Below the pieces are notes generated by a model. The model worked only from the letters and a program-made list of their open reading frames with translations. It had not been told where the DNA came from and did no database searches. 32,000 bases of DNA from Candidatus Electrothrix sp. GW3-4 (GTDB lineage Bacteria > Desulfobacterota > Desulfobulbia > Desulfobulbales > Desulfobulbaceae): positions 4,260,001-4,292,000 of the forward strand of contig NZ_CP147990.1 in the NCBI RefSeq assembly GCF_037902255.1, given 5' to 3'. Shown one piece after another: positions 1 to 7,878 of this stretch. The position numbers and the translations under genes are program-made. The stretch's first letter is position 1, and each line of letters starts with the position of its first letter.

Positions 1-1194
1 TTTCGGGGACCTGCCCAATCGTTTACCACCAAATCGAATACCTTTCTCTTTGAGATATTTACGGTTTTCTCTTGTTCCGTAAATCTGATCAGCCAGTACG
101 ACTGCCGGATAGTAACCATTCCGGCGCTTGTAACTCTCCACTTGCTCACGCAAATCCGTGCCTTCGTTGAAGGCATCCCAACCAATATGATCGACAAAAG
201 CCAAACCATCGACCATGCTCACGCTGAGTTTGGCACCGAACTCCACATTTTTACCTGCTTTCCCACGAACTATCGGTCGTACATGAGGTTGGGCAATGGA
301 AACAATTCGGTCATCGCAGCGTCGTTTTCGTTTTTTATACATCTCATCCTGCTGGCGATACACATGCTGAATGATCCAATACTGTCGTTGTTGCTGATGG
401 GGAAGTGGAAAAGGTGCCGTTTCAACATTGTCAAGCAACTCATCAATATATCGCAGATTTCTTCGGATGTACTGTAATTGCTGCCGAAGTCCGCGCCGCA
501 GAATTTTTCGGCCTGGTTTCTTTTTCTTAGCCAGATTCAGGTAGTTTTTACGGGCAAGTCTCCGATATGTTCTGGGCTTTTTGGCGTAGTCACTCTGTTT
601 GTACAGATCATCAATCAGCTGCTCGGAAATCTCACGAGCTTCGTTGAGTAAACTCAGATCAGTCGGGTAACGAATCGCTTGCTCAGCAACCGTTGCATCG
701 ACAAGCATTTTTCCCTTATTTTCAACGGGCTCTTCCTGACTCTCATCCTCTTTTTCGTCTTCATTTGCCGTACTTTTCTTTGAGAGAGCAAGTTTTTCCA
801 AAATCACTTCTTCAAAAGCAGAAAAAACATCTTTTCCCATGCGCTTGCGAATTTCAACAAACAGGCTGGGAGCTAGAGGTCGCTTGTCTTGAAAACAAGA
901 AAATCCAACAAAATATTGAAGATAGGGATTCTCCTGGATCTGAAGTACGGTTTCTTCATCACTGAGCGTCAACTTGTGCTTAATGATTAACGCGCCGATC
1001 ACCAATCTGGCATCTTTGGCTGGTCGTCCTTGATGCGGGTCCAAAGTTCGATAATATCTGATGGCGAACTCATCCCACGGAATAACTTTATGCCATTTGA
1101 TCCATCTGTTTTCAGGGTTCAGTTTACCTCCAAACGGAAGGCTGAATCCTTCAAGTGTAAGCTGTCTGTCACTGGTGTACCTGATCATGTGCAT
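1..1194 (-). CDS. IS5-family (IS1182-group-like) DDE transposase; the C-terminal end lies outside the window
   Basis: Absent from the supplied ORF track because it is edge-truncated. My own minus-strand translation from the ATG at 1194-1192 stays open for all 398 codons: MHMIRYTSDRQLTLEGFSLPFGGKLNPENRWIKWHKVIPWDEF...GRPAKDARLVIGALIIKHKLTLSDEETV...KMLVDATVAEQAIRYPTDLSLLNEAR...YYPAVVLADQIYGTRENRKYLKEKGIRFGGKRLGRSPK. The N-terminal InsH-like segment and the D(A)T ... ADxxY catalytic-type motifs are typical of IS5-family transposases. Confidence 0.8.
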   Translation of the reverse strand, partial: MHMIRYTSDRQLTLEGFSLPFGGKLNPENRWIKWHKVIPWDEFAIRYYRTLDPHQGRPAKDARLVIGALIIKHKLTLSDEETVLQIQENPYLQYFVGFSCFQDKRPLAPSLFVEIRKRMGKDVFSAFEEVILEKLALSKKSTANEDEKEDESQEEPVENKGKMLVDATVAEQAIRYPTDLSLLNEAREISEQLIDDLYKQSDYAKKPRTYRRLARKNYLNLAKKKKPGRKILRRGLRQQLQYIRRNLRYIDELLDNVETAPFPLPHQQQRQYWIIQHVYRQQDEMYKKRKRRCDDRIVSIAQPHVRPIVRGKAGKNVEFGAKLSVSMVDGLAFVDHIGWDAFNEGTDLREQVESYKRRNGYYPAVVLADQIYGTRENRKYLKEKGIRFGGKRLGRSPK

Positions 1195-1292
1195 GCCTTA
1201 TGAGGGGGTGAACGTCAAAAACATGCATATTTTACAATATTTTTACAACTTTTTCATTTAAAATCAGTGCACTGAGGCTTTTTAAGGGCAAT
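1..1292 (-). mobile_element. Partial insertion sequence. One terminus lies somewhere in 1195-1292 and the other is beyond the window start.
   Basis: It contains the transposase above. The terminal inverted repeat cannot be defined because the second end is not in the window. The upper bound is set by the stop codon of the neighbouring gene at 1293. Confidence 0.5.
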
Positions 1293-2144
1293 CTAAATAT
1301 CAATTAGAAACATCTGATCCCATATCTGCTGAAATTGATCCCCCTTGATAGCTGGGGAATATTGTGCAAGTCTGCTTTCTATCTCTACTTCTGATAAGTT
1401 GGTTTCTTTGGACATACGCGCTCGAAGTCGATCTTTTTGCATATCTTGTTGATCCTTGCGTAGGGAAATAATCAGATGTTCAGCTAAAGATTGATAGGCA
1501 AGAAGAATATACGGTTCCCAATCAAAATATACGCCTCCAGATTCGCGAGATGCACTATCCGTAATTTCAGATAATCGAGGTTCATTGTCCATCCAACGTC
1601 TATAAAATTCTTTAGTGCCAGAGAGCAAATCCCCAGGAGATATTTCAGCATCAGGTCCAACAAGAGCAACAGCAGGTGCTATAGGGCTTCTAGTAAGAGC
1701 TTTAATTCCTGCAAAGCCAATGCATGCAGCAATTACAACAACCAAGTTGCAGTTGGTTGCAAAATTCAATCTTTGAAGAGGATCAGTTAATCGCTCCCAT
1801 GAAAGTAATTCCTCGCCACCCTTCCCATTCGGCCCTCCCAGTCCATCTTTATTGCCATGAGCCTCAATATGAAGTACCGGTATCATACCAGTTCTTTCTG
1901 CAAGGTCAGTAGCATCTTTGATAGAAGCCAGTACCTCGGTGCTGCTTTTACATTCGGAATACTTTGACCAGCGAGACCTTCTCTCCTGCATCCATTCATG
2001 CAAGAGTTGTCCTGTATGTTGCTCATCTGTCGGCAGCCATTCAATGATCCAAATATTGGTTGACTTATTAACCGATTCCACTGGTGGTTTGGGCAGCTCT
2101 TCCAATAGACTCTGTTCGTCGCCAGTCAAGTCGCGTGTATTCAT
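1293..2144 (-). CDS. Hypothetical protein with a caspase/CHAT-like His-Cys dyad
   Basis: ORF 1293..2174. The preferred start is the ATG at 2144 (MNTRDL...), preceded by GAGGGAAAA. A hydrophobic strand followed by HG (PVLHIEAHGN, His codon 1857-1859) and a hydrophobic strand followed by AC (NLVVVIAACIGFAG, Cys codon 1722-1724) match the caspase-fold catalytic dyad layout. No other domain is recognised. Confidence 0.6.
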   Translation of the reverse strand: MNTRDLTGDEQSLLEELPKPPVESVNKSTNIWIIEWLPTDEQHTGQLLHEWMQERRSRWSKYSECKSSTEVLASIKDATDLAERTGMIPVLHIEAHGNKDGLGGPNGKGGEELLSWERLTDPLQRLNFATNCNLVVVIAACIGFAGIKALTRSPIAPAVALVGPDAEISPGDLLSGTKEFYRRWMDNEPRLSEITDSASRESGGVYFDWEPYILLAYQSLAEHLIISLRKDQQDMQKDRLRARMSKETNLSEVEIESRLAQYSPAIKGDQFQQIWDQMFLIDI

Positions 2145-2153
2145 TTTTCCCTC

Positions 2154-2253
2154 ACACATGCCGCATCGCCTCAACAGGTCGATACCGATTGATCTTCAAA
2201 ATCGGATACAGCGTAGACAACACAGAAAGAACAAACATCACCACCATATCACG
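2154..2253. repeat. Direct repeat copy A: an orphan duplicate of the last 33 codons plus stop region of the FtsX-like permease gene
   Basis: Hand alignment of 2154-2253 with 3131-3230 gives 98/100 identical bases. The mismatches are at 2167 (c vs a) and 2191 (g vs a). Weaker similarity extends a few bases beyond both ends. Confidence 0.9.
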
Positions 2254-2370
2254 CAGGATAGCGAGTATATTTAGACACAATTAGGGCCTTTTTAGAGCAT
2301 TGTGCTATGAAAAAGCAGGGGTAGAATTATTCCGTATTGCTGATTCTGAGGCGTACCTTCACTCTTTTCG

Positions 2371-2763
2371 CTAAAACCAATCTTCCAGCGACAAACCAGA
2401 AACTCTTTGAAATTCTTTTGTGTTTCTAGTGACCAATGTGGCATTTACACTCAAAGCTGTTCCTGCAATAAGAGTATCATATGGCCCTATAGGCCTTCCC
2501 TTTTTTTCCAAATCAGCTCTGATCATTGCGGCCACTTCAGCTTCACGAGGGGTAAAGGATTGCACGGTAATTCTTGAAGTAAGTGCTTCAAGTTGTTTTT
2601 TCCGTTTCTTGGGATTGTTTGACTTGGCAATTCCTACTTCAAGCTCATAGAGAACAATTGAGGGAATGGAAATATCTTTCGGCGATTTGGACAGTAGTGT
2701 TTCGGCCACGTTGCCAATGTCTTTGAAAAAATAAATCAAAGTGTTTGTGTCAAGGAGGTACAT
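2371..2763 (-). CDS. vapC: PIN-domain toxin, VapC family
   Basis: 130 aa. It has MYLLDTNTLIYF at the N-terminus (LLDTN acidic site) and later conserved acidic/polar sites YELEVG, PYDTLIAGTA and LVTRNTKEF. It is paired with an upstream antitoxin gene, with the stop and start codons one base apart. Confidence 0.85.
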   Translation of the reverse strand: MYLLDTNTLIYFFKDIGNVAETLLSKSPKDISIPSIVLYELEVGIAKSNNPKKRKKQLEALTSRITVQSFTPREAEVAAMIRADLEKKGRPIGPYDTLIAGTALSVNATLVTRNTKEFQRVSGLSLEDWF

Positions 2764-2764
2764 G

Positions 2765-2998
2765 TTACAGTTCTTCCCTCATGCTGTCGTGACCGGTATT
2801 TGACCTGATTTCTTGAAGAGTTGGGAAATCATCTTTCCAGCTCCCGGCCAACTCCACAACATCTTGAGGCCACTCAGTCATAATTTTTTCCTCAATGACC
2901 CCCGCAATCCATTTACTCACAGATAACTGACTTGATTTCGCAGCTTTTTTGAGTTTATTCTCAATTTCTTTATCAAGGTAGATAGTTACTTGTCCCAT
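2765..2998 (-). CDS. Ribbon-helix-helix type antitoxin (VapB-like)
   Basis: 77 aa. The N-terminal beta-strand/helix pattern VTIYLDKEIENKLKKAAKSSQLSVSKWIAGVIEE is typical of RHH/CopG antitoxins. It lies immediately upstream of the PIN toxin. Confidence 0.7.
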   Translation of the reverse strand: MGQVTIYLDKEIENKLKKAAKSSQLSVSKWIAGVIEEKIMTEWPQDVVELAGSWKDDFPTLQEIRSNTGHDSMREEL

Positions 2999-3037
2999 AA
3001 TCTCGTCTCCGTATGAACAGTTTATAATATAATTGGA

Positions 3038-3066
3038 ATTATAAGTGTCAGTCAGAGGCTTGTCAA
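3038..3066 (-). promoter_or_regulatory. Consensus sigma70 promoter for vapBC with an overlapping palindromic operator candidate
   Basis: The minus strand reads TTGACA (3066-3061), a 17-nt spacer, then TATAAT (3043-3038), about 40 nt upstream of the antitoxin ATG. The palindrome ATAATTggAATTAT at 3029-3042 overlaps the -10 box. Confidence 0.55.
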
Positions 3067-3128
3067 TAATTATTCAACATACTGAACTGATGTATTTTTA
3101 AATAGTAACAAACTGGAAACTTCCCCCT

Positions 3129-4343
3129 CTACACATGCCGCATAGCCTCAACAGGTCGATACCGATTAATCTTCAAAATCGGATACAGCGTAGACAACAC
3201 AGAAAGAACAAACATCACCACCATATCACGGAGAATAACCAGAGGCTGAAAAGCCGTTGGCATTGCCGAAACCGCCAACCCAATACTGCTTAAACTGCTC
3301 TTCAAAGCCGGACATAGGAATAGGGTTGAGGTGAAAATAATAGGCCACAGCTCCCCCGACCAGTCCGCCAAGAACCACGCTCACAACAGCCAGCAGAGCA
3401 CTTTCCAGCATCAGCATCCCAAGAATCTGTTTCGGGGTGGTGCCAATAGCCCGTAGCACCCCAATTTCCCGAATCCGGGAATAGACCGTCAGCAGGGTGT
3501 AGATCATAATTACAAAAAAGATAACAATGAAGAAAACACCCAAGGTGATATAGCCAAAAACCGAGTCCATTTGCATGGCCTTGACCAATTGGCCATGATC
3601 TGCTGCCAGCTCTCTGCCGCGTATTCCGAGCCAATAGCCGTGCTGATTTGTGCTGCCAAGGCCTCAACCTGTTCAGGACGCTCCGGCATAACAATAAAAT
3701 GAGTGGCATAATTGGTGGCCGCCATGATCTCCTCAAAATAGGCCAGATTGAGAAAGGCCGTGGAGGTATCGAATTCGTACAAGCCGGTCTGAAAAATACC
3801 CTTGACCCGCAGGTTATCAGCCGCAAAGGAGTAATCACCCCCGTTGCCCACAAAGGCAATCTCATCCCCGATCCCGACCTTGAGCCGCTTGGCCAGCTCA
3901 TTGCCGATATACACCTGATTGGTATCCTCGGCCGTGAGATATTCCCCCTCCTGTAAGGAGGCACTGATTCGGGACAGGCCAGCCTCTTTTTCCGGTTCGA
4001 TCCCGGTAAGCATCCCACCCACAGCCTTTTCATCAGCAGAATAAAGGACAAAGGATTCAAAACGGGCAGCAAAGATGGCAATACCTTCTATACCAGCCAG
4101 TTTTTCCCGGATGGTGGCACTGTCAAAGATCAGGTGTTCATAACTGGGTTGATCACGGAACTCCTTACCGGTAATCTGGAGATAGCCCGGATAGATTTCC
4201 ACGGCGTTTTTGATCATGGTCTGGTGGGAGCCGTCCAGCCAGGCTGAGGCAAAAACCAGCAGCGCAGTTGTCAGGCTGGTCAACAGCACCGTGACAATGG
4301 TCCGTTTCTTATAGGCTGCTATGTTTCTCAAGGCCATTTTCAT
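3129..4343 (-). pseudogene. FtsX/LolE-family ABC transporter permease interrupted by two frameshifts
   Basis: Three consecutive track ORFs in three frames jointly encode one permease. ORF 3510..4388 gives MKMALRNIAAYKKRTIVTVLL... and the periplasmic domain. ORF 3226..3588 gives the TM segments ...SRIREIGVLRAIGTTPKQILGML.... ORF 3129..3371 gives ...AMPTAFQPLVILRDMVVMFVLSVLSTLYPILKINRYRPVEAMRHV. The frame switches fall near 3583-3597 and 3275-3290. Confidence 0.7.
3131..3230. repeat. Direct repeat copy B: the resident 3' end of the FtsX-like permease gene
   Basis: See copy A. This copy is contiguous with the rest of the permease reading frame. Confidence 0.9.
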
Positions 4344-4416
4344 GGGAAAGTCCCTTGGTGTTCTGTTTTTTCGGTGCGGTAGGGACACGGCACGCCGTGT
4401 CCCTACGAAAAAATTC

Positions 4417-5187
4417 TTAATCAGAATAACGTTTCAGGGCCCTTTTCGTGAAATAAGATGCACTGACCGGACCATCAAAAACCGCGTCAGACACCTTCAT
4501 CACCGTCTGATGCCCTGCTTTTTCCGGCTCTTTGGGGTCCATAATCCATTTGGTGGGATAAAAACGCTCGCCAAAGGGCTGCACCTCGGTGTAGGCCAGT
4601 TCCCGGATCAGCATCCCCTCTTCATCAAAATAGCGAACCTTGCTTGGCAGGTAATACTGCTTTGATATATCCATGACAATCTTTCCCCAGACAACCGTAG
4701 CCTCTTCCTTGGGGAGCAGCTCTGCGGTATACACCTCTTCCGTCTCGTTCAGTAGCCTGACCGTGTAATCCTCACTGATGGAGCTTTCCCGCACCAGATC
4801 ATCATTGCTGAAATCACTGCCCATCCAGCTTTGTAGCATCATGGAGGCCGGAATCTTGATGGTTTTTTCTATGCGGGGCACATACTGCCACATGGAGTTA
4901 TCCATTTTCAAAAAGGTGATGCCCTTGTCCTTGCCCGGATAGAGGATCTTGATAAAGGATTTATCCTTACCCACGGACCAACTTTGCATCTTCATGGTCC
5001 GCTCGGCCCTCTTGGTCTTGACCGTCATAGTGATCTTCATGGTTGCTGTTTTGCCGTTCAGGTTATCCTCAACCTTTTTGATGATCTCTGCGACCTCATC
5101 AGCAAAAGATGATACAGGCAGCAGGGTAAGCAGCATCGCTACTATTGCCAAGTGTGTTGCTCTGTGTCGTCTTCTATGTTGTCCCAT
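4417..5187 (-). CDS. LolA-like outer-membrane lipoprotein-sorting protein (periplasmic)
   Basis: 256 aa with a signal peptide (HLAIVAMLLTLLPVSSFA). The body is typical of the LolA-like family often encoded next to FtsX permeases (KILYPGKDKGITFLKMDNSMWQYVP...SWMGSDFSNDDL). A strong RBS AAGGAGA lies upstream of the ATG at 5187. Confidence 0.75.
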   Translation of the reverse strand: MGQHRRRHRATHLAIVAMLLTLLPVSSFADEVAEIIKKVEDNLNGKTATMKITMTVKTKRAERTMKMQSWSVGKDKSFIKILYPGKDKGITFLKMDNSMWQYVPRIEKTIKIPASMMLQSWMGSDFSNDDLVRESSISEDYTVRLLNETEEVYTAELLPKEEATVVWGKIVMDISKQYYLPSKVRYFDEEGMLIRELAYTEVQPFGERFYPTKWIMDPKEPEKAGHQTVMKVSDAVFDGPVSASYFTKRALKRYSD

Positions 5188-5222
5188 TATTTATTCTCCT
5201 TGAAAAGATGCGTCATTATATC

Positions 5223-5507
5223 TTATGAATACGGGGTTTCTTTCCAGATGCTGTGATTTACCAGTCCGTACTCTTTCAATATCGTTGCTAAGCGGAGTCC
5301 AATCTCACTTCCATAGGGCTCAATGGTTTCTGCCTCATGGAAAAGGTGGATGCTATAATCTGTCTCGATGTGTATGCGGCTATAGGTATGGACATCTTGC
5401 TCTTTGAATTCTTGCCGCAAGTCACTGAGTATTTGTTCTATTTGCGATATCAGTATACCTTTATTTTTTGTCACCGAGCGGAGCTCAATAATTTCCAGAT
5501 ATTTCAT
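5223..5507 (-). CDS. Small hypothetical protein (94 aa), first gene of the minus-strand operon
   Basis: It is an intact ORF in the same orientation as, and 35 nt upstream of, the LolA-like gene. No family is recognised. A sigma54-type promoter candidate lies upstream. Confidence 0.55.
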   Translation of the reverse strand: MKYLEIIELRSVTKNKGILISQIEQILSDLRQEFKEQDVHTYSRIHIETDYSIHLFHEAETIEPYGSEIGLRLATILKEYGLVNHSIWKETPYS

Positions 5508-5590
5508 ATTTAATCTAGGCGTTCAGATACCTCTTATTCCATGGGTCCGATGGATGACTTCTGTAGTCGGAACTATTTTAATTTTGATAT

Positions 5591-5607
5591 AGCACGGAGT
5601 ATGCCAG
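5591..5607 (-). promoter_or_regulatory. Candidate sigma54 (-24/-12) promoter
   Basis: The minus strand reads cTGGCATactccGTGCTata, with the GG and GC separated exactly as in the TGGCAC-N5-TTGC consensus. It sits about 85 nt upstream of the 5507 start and is divergent from a sigma54 activator gene. Confidence 0.45.
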
Positions 5608-5751
5608 AATTTTTAGCAGTATAATAACAAGATGTTGCCTGGAAAGATGTCTGGAGGTTGTCGAATAAGGCAATCTTTGTTACCGTATATGGTAATCTTT
5701 GCGGTGTTTTATCATATACGACAATAGTTGATCAGGGGAATTGGCTAACGA

Positions 5752-7848
5752 ATGGATGAGAATGAATTTTTTCGGGAAGCGACATTGAGGATCTGTGGCA
5801 ATCTGGAGATCGAAAAAGCACTTTTTTTCGCTTTAAAATACATGCGACAGGTAATGCCGGTTGATCATATGTTCTTTCAGTTTTATGACGAGGAACATAA
5901 TGCAATGCATATCCTTGCTGATGCTTCGCCAGAGTGTGGCCGGATCGTTGATCTGCAGGTGAAATTATCTGTCGGAGCCAGACAGGAGTTGATGCAGTTT
6001 CGAGAGGAATTCAGGCACAAAAAGTCAAAATTTGTATGGCTCTTTCGAGACAACCCAAGAAAGCAGAAACTTACAGATGAGATATTTAACTCGCTTGGGT
6101 ATTCAACAACTTCTCTTATGGTGTTCCCTTTAGGCCTTAAATTCCAGGAATTACTTGGGGGCGGCTCACTTATTCTTTCCTCTGAAAGTGAAAGCAAGTT
6201 TAGTCAACAACATGTCGAGCTACTCTCACTGGTCCGAGAACCCTTTGCAATTGCTCTGTCCAATGCCCTCAAACACAGAAGTGAACTTAAACTCTATGAC
6301 AGGGATTTTTTTTGGGAGATTACTACACGAATTTGCGGAAACCTGGAAATTGAAGAAGGACTCCGATCCTGCCTGGAACTCCTCTCCCAATACATGCCAG
6401 CAGACAGCCTTTACCTGGAAAGGCACGAAAGGAACTTTGGCGCGATGCATATGATAGCAAGGGCAACAGCCGACAAGAGTGAAAAAATGGATGTGCTGAT
6501 CCCCTTTACCGAAGAGGGCAAAGCAAAAATGGCAATGTTGGCCCAGGAATGGATAAAGGGAACACTTCCTTCAGTCCTGGTCATCAACAACCCACGAGAA
6601 GAACCTGTTACAAAACATCTGCTCAAGACTCTTGGTGAACCACCTTCATCTGTCATGAGCCTGCCCCTCTTCCTCAAAGAGGAAATCGCCGGAGCATTGG
6701 TCGTTATAGCCGAGGGGGACAACCGATTTACCGAACAACACGCAAAGCTCTATTCCAACCTGAGGATGCCATTTTTTGTGGCCGTGTCAAACACTCTGAA
6801 ACATAGAGAAATAATTAAACTCAAGGACTTGCTTGCCGATGACAATCGCTACCTGCAGGGGGAGCTACGCCGTTTGTCAGGCGACGAAATAGTTGGAGCG
6901 AACTTCGGATTGCGGGATGTCATGTACAAAGTCCAGCAGGTTGCGGCTCTGAACAGCCCGGTTTTGTTGTTAGGAGAGACCGGCGTTGGCAAGGATGTGA
7001 TCGCCCAAACTATTCATTATTCCTCATCCCGCAGTGATGGTCCTTTTGTGAGCGTAAACTGTGGGGCCATCCCAGAGAGCCTGATCGACAGTGAGCTGTT
7101 CGGGCACGAAGAAGGTGCGTTTACTGGAGCGATAACGCAAAAACGTGGTCGCTTTGAGCGGGCCAATAAGGGAACGATTTTTCTTGATGAAATCGGTGAA
7201 CTGCCTCTCCAGGCCCAGGTGCGTTTGCTGCGGGTCTTACAGAGCAAAGAGATTGAGCGGGTTGGAGGCGTAGAAACCATTCCTCTTGATATCCGAATTA
7301 TTGCCGCGACAAATCGCAATTTAGAGAAAATGGTCGCGCAGAATACATTTCGTGAAGATCTCTGGTTTCGCCTCAATGTATTTCCCATCCAGATCCCGCC
7401 GCTTCGCGAGAGAAAAGAAGATATCCCGGCCTTGCTGCAATATTTTATTCGGCAAAAGACCAAAGAACTGAATTTACCCGCAGTGCCCAGTATTTTTCCT
7501 GGAGCTATAGATTTTCTCCTGAGCTACTCTTGGCCAGGTAACGTCAGGGAGTTGGGAAATATTGTAGAGCGGGCTATGATCCTCAATTCGGCAGGGCCGC
7601 TGACGTTTGATCATCTTAATCCGGTAGATACAAAGACAAATACGGAGGAGATCTCATCGCATCAGAAAGAGCAAGCTCTTGACCTGGATAGTGTTATCTC
7701 ACGGCATATTCGTTCTGTCTTATCTCAAACAGATGGTAAGGTGAATGGGGAAGATGGGGCAGCTGCTCTTTTGGGAGTTAATCCCAGCACGCTGAGGAAT
7801 AGAATGAAGAAGCTTGGCATTCCTTATGGGAAACAGCGGTATCTGTAG
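5752..7848 (+). CDS. Sigma54-dependent Fis-family transcriptional activator with two tandem GAF-like sensor modules
   Basis: The AAA+ core has GETGVGKDVIAQ (Walker A), GAFTGA, and RLLRVLQSKEIERVGG through RIIAATNRNL. The C-terminal Fis-type HTH has AAALLGVNPSTLRNRMKKLGI. The N-terminus contains two paralogous modules that each open with FF(R/W)E(A/I)T(L/T)RICGNLEIE. Confidence 0.9.
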   Translation: MDENEFFREATLRICGNLEIEKALFFALKYMRQVMPVDHMFFQFYDEEHNAMHILADASPECGRIVDLQVKLSVGARQELMQFREEFRHKKSKFVWLFRDNPRKQKLTDEIFNSLGYSTTSLMVFPLGLKFQELLGGGSLILSSESESKFSQQHVELLSLVREPFAIALSNALKHRSELKLYDRDFFWEITTRICGNLEIEEGLRSCLELLSQYMPADSLYLERHERNFGAMHMIARATADKSEKMDVLIPFTEEGKAKMAMLAQEWIKGTLPSVLVINNPREEPVTKHLLKTLGEPPSSVMSLPLFLKEEIAGALVVIAEGDNRFTEQHAKLYSNLRMPFFVAVSNTLKHREIIKLKDLLADDNRYLQGELRRLSGDEIVGANFGLRDVMYKVQQVAALNSPVLLLGETGVGKDVIAQTIHYSSSRSDGPFVSVNCGAIPESLIDSELFGHEEGAFTGAITQKRGRFERANKGTIFLDEIGELPLQAQVRLLRVLQSKEIERVGGVETIPLDIRIIAATNRNLEKMVAQNTFREDLWFRLNVFPIQIPPLRERKEDIPALLQYFIRQKTKELNLPAVPSIFPGAIDFLLSYSWPGNVRELGNIVERAMILNSAGPLTFDHLNPVDTKTNTEEISSHQKEQALDLDSVISRHIRSVLSQTDGKVNGEDGAAALLGVNPSTLRNRMKKLGIPYGKQRYL

Positions 7849-7878
7849 AATATTCTGTATTGTCCTGTATCACTTATA

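Noticed and set aside
142-1261. Plus-strand ORFs 142..477, 693..965 and 1061..1261
   Set aside because: They are antisense to the continuous 398-codon transposase frame that I translated by hand, and they have no RBS or motifs.
3302-4081. 259-aa minus-strand ORF in an alternative frame of the permease region
   Set aside because: The overlapping frame 3510..4388 carries the genuine FtsX-type periplasmic domain. This frame gives an Arg/Pro/Ser-rich sequence with no TM pattern.
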